Shown here piece after piece: positions 1 through 14,169 of a DNA stretch of 64,000 nucleotides; position 1 is the stretch's first letter; every line of letters begins with the position of its first letter. The DNA is from Octopus sinensis (lineage: Eukaryota). Where the stretch lies: the NCBI RefSeq assembly GCF_006345805.1, contig NC_043011.1, positions 11,036,001-11,100,000 of the forward strand, read 5' to 3'. Under the pieces are notes generated by a model. The model worked only from the letters and a program-made list of their open reading frames with translations, searched no databases and was not told the DNA's origin. Position numbers and translations under genes: made by a program.

Positions 1-419
1 GCTGTCACCTACCTGCCCTTCCAACCATTTGATGAGGCTCCCTACTACAACCTTCCTTCCAGTTTTTCCAAGCCTCTCTTAGCCTTTACCACTCTATCAA
101 ACAGTGTCTCAGATATTTGTTGGCCTTATCTATGTTGCTCCAATTTAGATAGGGGTTATCCATACACACACACACACACCCCACTCTTCAAGGGTCCATA
201 CCATATTGGATAAAGGTGTTGCATGTCTTTTGTTCTTATCACTAAATGTGGCCAAATGTTGCATATATCTTTCCTTGAAGGTATTTCCAATCATTCTAAT
301 ATGTTTTTATTGTTCCATCCATGTTAGTGATGTTGGTCTTGTGCACTAGTTCTTTTGCCAGGATCACACTGTTCAGGGGACAGTTACTGAGGGATCTACA
401 ATTGCAAGATCTGAGGAGG

Positions 420-1520
420 TGTTCCTAATATTATTATTCTTATTGCGATCTTATGTCGGAGAAGGCAACTATAGCTAACTTTAAGTGTATTTCTATTAAA
501 ATTATGATATTTATGTGAGTGCAGTAAGTGGTTGTGTGTGAGTTTCATAAATTGTCTAGCTATATTTGTAGTCACATTCATGCTGTAAGGAGGATTATAC
601 TATAATATTTTCCTACAGTTCTATATCTAAGAGATGAGGAATTATGTACACTATTTACCTTTTGATGGATATTTGTTCTCATTGTCTTTGTTGTTAACAC
701 AACATTTTGGCTGATATACCCTACAAGCCTTCATCAAGTGTCTTGGGGAAATTTCGAACCTGGGTTCCCATTCCTAAGGTATTTTTCAATGTGATTATTA
801 TTATTATTCAGGTCAGTGCCTGGAATTGAACTTGGAATATTGGGGTTAGTAGCCCGCACTCTTAACCATTATGACATATGCCCACAGGCATATGGCATAG
901 TGGTTAAGAGCACAGACTACTAACCCCAAGATTCCAAGTTCAATTCTAGGCACTGACCTAAATAATAACAACATCAAAAAATACCTTAGGAATGGGAACC
1001 CAGGTTTGAAATTTCCCCAAGACACTTGATGAAGGCTGGGGTGTATATCAGCTGAAACGTTACCAACAAATAAGATGAGGACAAATATCTGTCAAATGTA
1101 AATAATAAATATTTTCCTATGTCTATGTTCTTTCGACCTATCTACACTTGGTGTAATATAGGTTATAATGTTCTTAAGATTCAACCTTTCCAATGCAGTG
1201 TTATAATATGAGGCTGCCTTTTTTGAAAGTTACTTCAACATGATTTCCATTGCTCTTAACTAATTGTTCAATTATTGACAAAAGATCGTTAGAGCCACTG
1301 TCTATATAGAAGATATCCTTATTTAGTCAATGCAAACTTTTAAATTTGCCCGTACTAAGATTCATATTAATGCCCAGGAAATCAAATTATTTAAGACTCA
1401 TGCTGATTGTAGATTTTAGGTTGAGCTGACTATATATTTTGCATAATTTCTTTCTTATCTTATCCATATCATAGGCTGTTTTTATAATGAACTATTCCTA
1501 GACCACTGTCCTTATATAAT
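420..1520 (-). mobile_element. Decayed Penelope-like element (PLE) RT relic, split by the 616-1107 insertion
   Basis: Reverse-strand translation gives GLYKDSGL (GLYRDDGL-type RT motif), DKIRKKLCKIY, DFLGINMNLSTG and AASYYNTAL. After the insertion it continues RKIL*YNPPYSMNVTTNIARQF...FNRNTLKVSYSC, typical of PLE RT C-termini. Stops and frameshifts present. Confidence 0.75.
616..1107. mobile_element. Palindromic non-autonomous element: two head-to-head tRNA-like (A/B box) units with hammerhead-like tails, 12-bp TSD
   Basis: The arms are reverse complements around CATATGCC-caca-GGCATATG (875-894). TSD AATATTTTCCTA at 604-615 and 1108-1119. A box TGGCATAGTGG 893-903, B box GTTCAATTC 938-946. 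Confidence 0.8.
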
Positions 1521-1681
1521 CTTATGCTGGCATCTTCTTTTTCAGGATATGTAGGATGTAGAAGCCAACCAGATTTGCTACTTCTGCTCCATCATGGCTC
1601 CTCAGACTTACATCAAATAGTTCATCTCCATTCTTTTTCACTCAATAGATATTCTCATGAAAAAGCAATAATTTCCTTGCA

Positions 1682-1990
1682 TTCATCATCATCATCATCG
1701 TTTAACGTCCGTTCTCCATGCTAGCATGGGTTGGACGGTTCAACCGGGAATCTGGGAAGTCAGAAGGCTGCACCAGGCTCCAGTCTTATCTGGCAATGTT
1801 TCTACAGCTGGATGCCCTTCCTAACGCCAACCACTCCGTGAGTGTAGTGGGTGCTTTTTACGTGCCTCCTGCACAGGTGCCAGGCAAGGCTGGCAATAGC
1901 CATGGTCGGATTGGTGCATTTTACGTGCCACCGGCACGGAAGCCAGTCGAGGCGGCACTGGCATCGGCCACGATTCGGATGGTGCTTTTT
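1682..1990 (-). mobile_element. 5'-truncated RTE 3' UTR fragment with (GAT)n tail
   Basis: Matches the 3' end of the long RTE at 44750-45013. Confidence 0.85.
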
Positions 1991-2189
1991 ACATGCCACC
2001 ATCCGAATGGAATATAATGGCTATATTAATGTTGGCAACGGTTACATAAGCTTTACTAAATTGAATGCCTTTCAGAAGAGAGTTTCGGAAATCAAGGGGT
2101 AAAACTCTACAATATCGAACTCGATGAATTTGCATTTGGGCTTGTCTTTAATTTTCTTGATCTATTCAACAGTTATGCAGCCATATATC

Positions 2190-2470
2190 CAGTCTGTAAG
2201 GTTTGAGTAAATTGTATTTCTTCTATCTTTTATCTTTTACTCGCTTCAGTCATTTAACTGCGGTCATGCTGGGGCACCACCTTGAAGGGTTTATTATTTT
2301 TTTTAAAAGCCTAGTATTTATTCTATCAGTCACTATCCTCAAACTGCTAAGTTATGGGGACATAAATACACCAACACCGGTTGTCAAGCAGTGGTGGGGG
2401 ACAAACACAGACATAAACACATAGATATATATACATACATACATGTATGTGTGTAGGCACAGGCATGGCT
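2190..2470 (-). mobile_element. Partial tRNA-derived SINE, family A
   Basis: Shares the tail (CAGCATGGCCGCAGT..TGACTGAA) and body with the other family A copies. Confidence 0.65.
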
Positions 2471-2488
2471 GTGTGGTAGGAAGCTTGC

Positions 2489-2713
2489 GAGCTGGCAGAA
2501 ACGTTAGCACGCTGGACAAAATGTGTAGCCGTATTTTGTCTGCCGTTACATTCTGAGTTCAAATTCTGCCACGGTCGACTTTGCCTTTCATCCTTTCGGG
2601 GTCGATAAATTAAGTACCAGTTACGCATGGGGTCGATGTAATCGACTTGATCCCTTTGTCTGTCCTTGTTTGTCCCCTCTATGTTTAGCCCCGTGTGGGC
2701 AATAAAGAAATAA
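2489..2713 (+). mobile_element. tRNA-derived SINE, family B, nested in the head of a family A SINE
   Basis: B-box-like GAGTTCAAATTC; GCCTTTCATCCTTTCGGGGTCGATAAA core; direct repeat GAAGCTTGC at 2480-2488 and 2714-2722. Confidence 0.75.
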
Positions 2714-3061
2714 GAAGCTTGCTTTTCAACCCCATGGTTCTGGGTGTAGTAGTATAGCAATTCTCAATTTTGTTAATACAGGAGGGTGAAAAGATTGGCT
2801 GTAAATAGGCTTTACTCTTCTAAAAATGAGAGTACAGTATCTGTCAGTAGTAGTTTTAGTCATGAACTTCACCGGTCAGCAGACAGCTGTATTTTAAATA
2901 CCATTTCTAAGCCTTACTTTCATCCCAAAGTCTCACTTTCAACTGGCTGTAGTAATATTAACAGTAGTAAATATAACATGTATAGTTATACTATACTATC
3001 AATAACTATTACAACAAAGTTCACTCCCACTATGTGGTACCTTGGGCAAACCAAAGCCTTC

Positions 3062-3480
3062 TAGAGGCAGAGATGATCGATCAACATCAATGGAAATTGC
3101 AGCCGTGATACCAGTGCCGGTGGTACGTAAGAGAACCATCCGAACGTGGCCGTTGCCAGCGCCGCTCCGACTGGCCTCATGCCGGTGGCACGTAAAAGGC
3201 ACCATCCGATTGTGGCCGTTGCCAGCCTCGCCTGGCCCCTGTGCTGGTGGCACGTAAAAAGCACCATCCGATCGTGGCTGTTTGCCAGCCTCGTCTGGAA
3301 CGTAAAAAGCACCCGCTACACTCACGGAGTGGTTAGCGTTAGGAAGGGCATCCAGCCGTAGAAACATTGCCAGATCAGACTGGGCTTGGTGCAGCCTTCT
3401 GGCTTCCCAGACCCCAGTTGAACCATCCAACCCATGCTAGCATGGAAAGCGGACGCTAAACGATGATGATGATGATGATG
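3062..3480 (+). mobile_element. 5'-truncated RTE 3' UTR fragment with (GAT)n tail
   Basis: Repeated CACGTAAAAAGCACC motifs and terminal ...GGACGCTAAACGATGATGAT. Confidence 0.85.
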
Positions 3481-4298
3481 AAAAATTAATGTATGTCATT
3501 TGACATACTTGTACACACACAATCATATATATATATATATGCCAGAATGGAAGGCGGACATTAAACGATGATGATGATATAGCAAGTAATAAGGGGACAT
3601 GCTAGTAATACAATACAGTAATACAATATACCCCAGTTCATGCCAAATTTCCTGCCCTCATTAGATTGCTGAGGAATACCAATGACCTAATGCAGGTATT
3701 ATACAATTTAACTAGCTACAAATTTCTTTAAGATACCAGTAATTCAAGTTTCCTTTTCTACTAGTATTTTATCAACTTTGTTAAAGAACATTGAAAGTGA
3801 ATCTGACAGCCATTTGGAATGAGAATCAAGAAGCAACAAATATACATCAAATCTGAAATGTAAATTCATCAGGCACTCCCACTATCCATTAAATGCTTTC
3901 ATCTGAAGTATCCAGATGTAGACAGCAGATTGAGTTCTACGTCACAACAGCTTAGTGTGTGATGTCAACAGATCAAACTGATTTGAAATGAATTACTCAA
4001 CGACAAACAACATTTTATAGAACAGTGATGGTAATAGAGTCTAATGTAAAAATTTGCATCGGAGAATAAATTTACTAAATTTCAAATAAAATGTATTTAT
4101 GATGCTCTCAGTTCAAAGATATACTTAGTACACATTTGAAAACAATGGAGTACAATGAACTCAACTTAGATGAATACATTTTAAATTGGCATATTCAACC
4201 AATGGATAGCAACTAGAAAAAAATATATGACACTGCTAAAAGGAAAGAAAAGCATTAAAGAGTAACAATAGAAGGAAAATGAAGCAAATGACACAAAC

Positions 4299-4404
4299 CT
4301 TTCTTCTTTCTTTGTATGCGTTACAGCACTGAAGGCACTCTGTGTAGCATATGTACCATCTGCTGTTACTCGCTTCTGGCTGGCACCAGTTGCTGTATAC
4401 ACAT
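4299..4404 (-). CDS. COPB1: COPB1 coding exon 13 (106 nt): (D)VYTATGASQKRVTADGTYATQSAFSAVTHTKKEE(R); the gene continues beyond position 1
   Basis: Acceptor TTTCTCTAG|, weak donor AG|GTTTGT; GTYATQSA motif. Confidence 0.92.
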
Positions 4405-4493
4405 CTAGAGAAAAAGAATAAATACAAAACTTGAAATTGAAAATAAAATGTACCTAACATATACCAGAGACAGTATATATATATATATATATA

Positions 4494-4845
4494 GGAGTGG
4501 CTGTGTGGAAAGTAGCTTGTTTACCAACCACATGGTTCCGGGTTCAGTCCCACTGCGTAGCACCTTGGGCAAGTGAAGCCCGTCGTATATATGTATATAT
4601 ATATATATATGCGTGTGTGTGTTTGTGTGTCTGTGTTTGTCCCCCTAGCATTGCTTGACAACCGATGCTGGTGTGTTTATGTCCCCGTTACTTAGCAGTT
4701 CGGCAAAAGAGACCGATAGAATAAGTACTGGGCTTACAAAAGAATAAGTCCTGGGGTCGAGTTGCTCGATTAAAAGGCGGTGCTCCAGCATGGCCGCAGT
4801 CAAATGACTGAAACTAGTAAAAGAGAGTAAAAGAGAAAGAGAGTA
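4494..4845 (+). mobile_element. tRNA-derived SINE, family A (internal deletion)
   Basis: Head GGCTGTGTGG...GGTTCAGTCCC, internal (TA)/(TG) tract, tail ending in AAAAGAG repeats. Confidence 0.85.
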
Positions 4846-4863
4846 TATATATATATATATGTG

Positions 4864-4910
<47 letters not shown>

Positions 4911-5099
4911 GGAAAGTTTACGAAAATAAACAAAAGACGAAGGCAGGTGGAGTACAAACAAACAAATGTATTAGTATAGCGCTCAGGAATAGAAAAAGGC
5001 TTTTACGTTTCGAGCCTACGCTCTTCAACAGAAAGATACACAGAAAAAAACAAAGAGAGAAAAAAAATGCGTGTAGGAGCTAACGATCTATCATGGCGT

Positions 5100-7665
<2,566 letters not shown>

Positions 7666-7962
7666 GCAGATGAAAGACGGAAGATGAAATATACGAGAAT
7701 TATAGATATAATCAAAGGACAGATCTGTTATTGTCAGTGTAATTTTTAGTGGTCCAAATGAGAGTTTTAACTCTTATTTCTAGCAGGTAGACACTTCAAT
7801 GTGTTCTTTGATTAATATAATTTTAATTCTATACCTATATAATGCCGATTTAGGTCTGCAGTTATTATGGACTATTTGTATTGACTTCAATAATAATAAT
7901 AATATTAGTATCTATATAAATATTTGATTCTGAATATTTTGTTGCTGATATCTATCTATATA

Positions 7963-8025
<63 letters not shown>

Positions 8026-8344
8026 CACACCTCTCCCCTTCTTTTTCTTCTTCCTCTTTCCTGTACTTCACAAATTCCATGTTGGGCTACATTCCTATAT
8101 TCGTCCATTATCTGCCTCAACAAACTCCATCTGACTAATGCAGGCATGAAAAAGTGAATGTTAAACATTGTGTAATGCCAAGACAAGGAGACATAAGTAC
8201 ACAATGTATGTATGCATGTATGCGTGTCTGGTCAACAACCTTTCCTCAGTTGACCATCCTGTAAGAACATTTATTTTACTCAAACTGCATCTCTGTATCG
8301 CATGAGAATGTTGTGACTTGTTTAATTGTCTCTTGATGTTACTC

Positions 8345-8725
8345 TTTACTCTTTTACTTGTTTCAGTCATTTGACTGTGGCCATGCTGGAGCACCGCCTT
8401 TAGTCGAGCAAATCGACCTCGGGACTTATTCTTTGTAAGCCCAGTACTTATTTTATCGGTCTCTTTTGCCGAACCGCTAAGTGACGGGGACGTAAACACA
8501 CCAGCATCGGTTGTCAAGCAATGCTAGGGGGACAAACACAAAAACACACAAACACACACACATATGACAGGCTTCTTTCAGTTTCCGTCTACCAAATCCA
8601 CTCACAAGGCATTGGTCGGCCCGGGGCTATAGCAGAAGACACTTGCCCAAGATGCCACACAGTGGGACTGAAGCCGGAACCATGTAATTGGTTAGCAAGC
8701 TACTTACCACACAGCCACTCCTATG
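8345..8725 (-). mobile_element. tRNA-derived SINE, family A, near full length
   Basis: Reverse complement of the 60165-60565 copy. Confidence 0.85.
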
Positions 8726-8739
8726 TTGTAATATGTTGT

Positions 8740-9400
8740 TCATATTACCAGAATATAACTTCAGGTTATCTACAAAAAATGTAGGTGACATTAATTTTAT
8801 GCTGTATCCCAGCATGTAGCTTTGGCATTTCACTAACAAGGGGTTCACTGCCAATACAAATATTACAGATGACTATCACTTGGGAATATGCCTGTTGATT
8901 GCTTAATTCTGTTTGTAACAAAAGGTATGGCTTTGATAACTGTGTGGACCATGTTGTGGTCAGTCTATCAATGGCACTCACTATAGCAGTTGGTACTTTG
9001 GCAAGATGTAGTACTTCTATCATACACGAGTGAAGGACAGACTCAAATACTCTAGACTCCTTTCTTTCTTCTTGCCTCTTCATCAGACAACACACCATTA
9101 TATATTCAGACAACCTTTGTACATAACATTCAAGCATGCAAAGGACCTGTAGTTTTTGGCCACATGGATCTCTTTGTTCTTTGGGTTCAGAAGCGTCTGT
9201 GCAAACCATCAGCCAGTCTGGTATATCAAGCTCAGCATCCATTATGCTTTTAAACAGGGCTGTGAGAATTTCTCTGTTGAATGTGAGCTTTTTGTACTGA
9301 TAATCTACAATCAGGAGATTTTCCATCCGGCAATTTTATAACTGTCAGGAGTGTTCCACTGGTGATGCTATATATATTTTGGGAGCGGTATTTACACAAC
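8740..9400 (-). mobile_element. Decayed non-LTR RT fragment, R4/Dong-like
   Basis: FESVLHSCMIEVLHLAKVP (AFDSVPHSW-like), GIF.SDS, AVNPL and FFVDNLKLY (F/YxDD) across frames. Confidence 0.6.
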
Positions 9401-9699
9401 ACACACTTCATAGTTCATTTAACCATGCTACATCGCAATTGTGTTCTTCATTTACGTCCTAGGTTCCCTGCCAGAATGACTACAAGTCTTCTTGATGGTA
9501 TCACCTTTCATACAGCAATATACAGCTTGTGGATTTTGGGCAAATTTGCAGTTTATCATTTTCTGTTCATGTAATTTTTTACAGTAACAAAGTTTTTCAC
9601 TTACTGCTCATAGATCACGTTGGACGGTGATCAATTTGCTTATGAGTTTTTCTTGAATTAAAGAATAAGTGTGTGTGTGTGTGCATGCACATATTTGTA

Positions 9700-10350
9700 A
9701 ACTTCCAAGAAATGTCACAGACATTTCTTCTAGTTTGTACTACCTTTATTATTAACCAAATGAAAATTTATACAACATCCACTCCAAACCAATTCATCCT
9801 AAATCAGTGAAGAAAGGTATAATGAAAAGTCTCTCTATCCAAGTATCGAAGTTATCAACAAAGAAATGTTTAACAACTAGCCTGCTATTACGATGAGGCT
9901 CTTAACAGAAGTGGCTATAAAACAAACAAAAGATTACTTATATACCCAACCAAAGGTTCCAAAATCTCATTATTCACACTGTAAATGCACAGATAATCAA
10001 CACAAAAACATTCTGCACCTAGACACATAAAAATCTCCTCTAGTGACTTGAACAGCTCTAAATTCTCAAATTCTAAAATAGAAACTAATAAACTCCTGAA
10101 TACTAGAAATTCTATTCATAATAATCTTACATACACCAGCAGCAGCAGCACTCAAGCTGAAATGGGAAAGCTATCTGGAATGATCCTTCACATAGTATCC
10201 AGGTAAAAACTCATCTAAAATAGTCTTCTCCCTTTTAAAAAATATCATCCCATCAGATCTCAAATATTACCAAATATTTGATAAGTATACAATTAAGCTT
10301 TCTTACTCTACAATCCCAAACCTGGCAGATGTCATTGCTGGGAGTAATAA
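9700..10350 (+). mobile_element. Second decayed Penelope-like RT fragment
   Basis: Across frames: PNENLYNIHSKPIHP-like, YYDEALNRSGY and KYYQIFDKYTIKLSYSTIPNLADVI. Confidence 0.65.
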
Positions 10351-10356
10351 GTTTAA

Positions 10357-10821
10357 CCCTTTAGCATTTAAACCGGCCATATCCGGCCCAAATTTTCTAC
10401 TTCTTTTATGTTCAAGCCATCTAGATCTGGCCTCTCACTCATATCCTACAATGACATCCTCAAAATAAACCATCACATCATCAAATTCTCAGAGCTACAA
10501 GATAATGCAGGAGGGCAAGACCCAGAAACATGCATGTCTCTAGATGCAGGCCTAGCTGTTGGGGGTGTTTGTCTCCCCTTCGTAAATATATAAGGACACA
10601 GGAAATGTGTCAAGGCCAACAGGAAGCGTTGATGCTTCCTAGGGCTAAACAGCGGTGGTGTAATTCCCTTTACGGGACTGTCATGTTAAGTTGACAGTAT
10701 ACAACCACACTATCACTCCACCACCACTCATGTCTCTATGAGATATTTAGAAATTTAATATTTCTGATTAATGTGAATGAAAAAGCATTATATTTGACAG
10801 AGTAATCTGAACACTAAAGGG
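10357..10821. mobile_element. piggyBac-type MITE (TTAA TSD, CCCTTTAG TIR) with an internal GC-richer segment of about 240 bp
   Basis: TTAA|CCCTTTAG ... CTAAAGGG|TTAA. Confidence 0.75.
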
Positions 10822-13800
10822 TTAAAAAACTAAACAATACTAAACTATTTAAACATGTAGGTAATCTGATATGTAATAAGCAATCACTAAATAACACTGG
10901 TCCTGAACACCAGTGTCATATGTCCCCTGAAGGACTTCAATCCTTACATGATCATCAACAGAACCCACTTTAGCAAGAGACCATAGAGCCACTAACTTGA
11001 TAGAGCTAGGACTCACAACATAGTTTTATCTCTCTAAGATTATCACAATATCTTTTTCTCTAAACTTTGGATTCTTTCATTTTCTGTCTCCATTGGGTTT
11101 TTTTTTTTTTTTTTCCTGTATAGGTTTTAGACAGTCAGTCATATGTACCTGTTGAAATGTGTATTAACATATACATTCTCTGTTCATTTCTATATGCGTA
11201 CAAATAGGTATTTATATACAGTTTCATTATGTGCCTGTGTATATACATATAATTATCTGTATCTACATATTTCTGAGAATGGCATCTATCCCTCAAAATC
11301 TGTACTCCATTTCTAATGTAGTTTTATTTTACTTAATTTTTTTCTGTGGTGATCTTTTCCATATATTTAAATATGCACTTCATTTCAGAAGTTTTAAAGA
11401 AAAAACAAACAAAAGTGAACACTAATTCTTTGCTTTACAGCAAACACATTAGTAGGTGACAGAAAGGAAAAAAAACCCAAAACAAATATGTAAACACATA
11501 TAAACAACATTCTCAATACAATGATTTCATGCTAAGTTTGGGCTCTAGAAAACTTATTAAGTTCAAGTTAGTGCTTTTTTTTTTGCTTTTTTGTTTAGAA
11601 ATATGTTTGCTGAGTAATTAGCTCATACATTTCTTGAAATGACATTTGAAGCCTTCTATTTGTGTTCTGCTCAACAACTTGCTGCACACAAATACATCAA
11701 TTTGGCAAGTAGAGTCAGTATACCACCCTTCTTTACTCACTTTGCACATTTTTACTATATCATGACCAGAATTATCAATGATCACATTGAATTTGAGAGA
11801 AGTTTTTTTTCTTATAATATAAAAATCTTGAAGAAAATATGTCCTTTTCTAAGTTAAAATTAGCAATAAAATTTAAACTTTTATATTTTCTAATGATTAT
11901 CTGACCTACCCCCATTGGTTTTTCATATCAAAATAAAGTGAAAACATTCCTCTTCATGACAGTATGATTTTTAACAAGTCGAGTCATAGCAGTCGAGCAC
12001 ATTGAACTAGAATAAGGGCTATGGTTAAGCAGTCAAAAAAAAAAAAACCATACAAACTTTGTAAATGCATGGAAATAACTGGGTGTTTGAGGGACCTTGA
12101 CATGATATGTAACTGTTGGATTTTAATTAAAACTATATGGAAAAACTTACAAAAACTCACATCCAGAACTTACAAATGATATATAATTTTCCTTGGAAAA
12201 TATTTATTTTGGAATGAAAATGATGAAGCAAAAAGTGTGTCTTTGCATGTGCTATAGAGGAGGTAGATGGTTACCCAGCCAGAGAGAGACAGACAGACAG
12301 AGAAGAGAAAGAGAGAGAGGAAGAAAGAGAGGTACAAGAAAGAGGATAGAAACATGTTTGCTGATGTAAAAGGGATACTGTGAGGAAGAATGAGGGCAGA
12401 AACAAGTGTGCTACTGTAAAGGACATATATGGCTACCCAGCCAGAAGGAAGGGCAAGAGATGGAGAGTGGAAAACAGCAAAAGTGTAAGAGAACGCTTAT
12501 TGAATAACCGTTTTGATCTAGGAGTCTCCTGCATACATTGTGCCACCCGTACTTTTAAATATTTTAAATAAAAGCATTCTGACTATTCCTAAATTTTCAA
12601 ATCTTGATGTTTTGTAACCAAATAAGGAAATAATATACCATACTAGTTTTTATTTAACCTGCACGGATTATTAAGAAATTTAATAATATAAATAAATTGA
12701 ATAAAGTGAAATAAAATCTTTTAAAATTTTCTATAAAGGATTACATAAATTCCATTTATCTAGTGAAATTACTAAGTTCATCTTGGTTACCTCCCTTCCA
12801 TTACACGTCAAAATATTTTACAGGCTCTTGATATATGTGCTAATTGATAAGTTTTTTGGGGTTTCTTGCTAGGAATATTCCCATAAAAATCTCTTCTAAA
12901 TTCCCCTTAATTAATATTCAAAGCCTGATAATTAAATAGATAATAATATCTATGCTATTTAGCCTCTTTAAAATGGTCTGATTATTATTAATAAAATTTC
13001 TAACCAATAGTTTTAATCAATAACTCCCATGAGAAATTATATTAATTCTAGTCTAGTAATTATAAAATATTTTCTTATAGTAGCTTACCTCACATATTAT
13101 AAATAAATGAGGAATATCCTATAATAGGTTTTTAGGATACAAACCTAGTCTACCTCTGATCTACTATAGTCTAAATTTATTTTTATTTTTCAATTTGCTG
13201 ACTTAATATTTTTCACTGTAATTTTAAACCATCTGATCTTACTCATTTACCCACTATATCATCTTACCGAATAATACATTTCTATTAGACACACACTTAA
13301 CCTATATAGAACCAAACTGTTATAACTCACTATCTATTTTATAGCTCAAGTGAAGTACATTCTAAAATTATTAACATGCAGGAAATATATGATATGTCTA
13401 GCATATTCCTTTAATTTAACTCATTAATACAAATAAATCACTATTTACTAACTATAAATCTATATTAATAATAATCTGATATATATATTTTTATAAATAT
13501 GAAATGATTTCTATACTCTCCATTCCCATATAAGATACTAAAATTTATTAGAATCCTTTGGAAAAAACTATCTAAAAGATATTTATTTCAAATCACAAGT
13601 AGGATTATGGCTGTTAAATGGTTAAGTGCCATTAGAAGTCCCTATTCTCCCTACCCCACTAGCTTCAGCCTACTAACTATAGCTAAAATGCATTCAAATG
13701 TACCAAAGTTAAGTTCTTCATAAAAGAGTTGGATTTATGGCTCTGCCAGTTAAACTGCCCCTTCCTCTATCTTTAAATAGATAAATTCTTGATTGTCTCC

Positions 13801-14169
13801 ACTGAACTTAATAGAAACTCCCTTCCCAATGGTAAATCTAAATAACAAAGTAAATTCAGTGATAAGAAATCTACCCATGAGTAAAGATCTTTTACTACCA
13901 TGTTTTTACTGATGAAATTCACCTCTCTGTCTATATACCTACCCTCTTTGTAATGTTGGCAAATGGAATAAGTATATAAAATAAACATTGCCAATTTAAT
14001 TTTAAAATTCCATATGTGGCTGAAGATTGCTCTACATTTTAAAACTGATGTAATACTTACATTGTTTAATTAAATGAAGTAGCATGAAACGATTGTACTA
14101 CATTAACTTTGGATATCCTTGTTGCTTATTTTGATTATATATATTGTATATATATGTATATATGTTTTT

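Noticed and set aside
12600-14050. Very AT-rich stretch considered as a mitochondrial insertion (NUMT)
   Set aside because: I could not recognise any mitochondrial protein, rRNA or tRNA motif. It may be an old LINE relic but cannot be assigned without a search.
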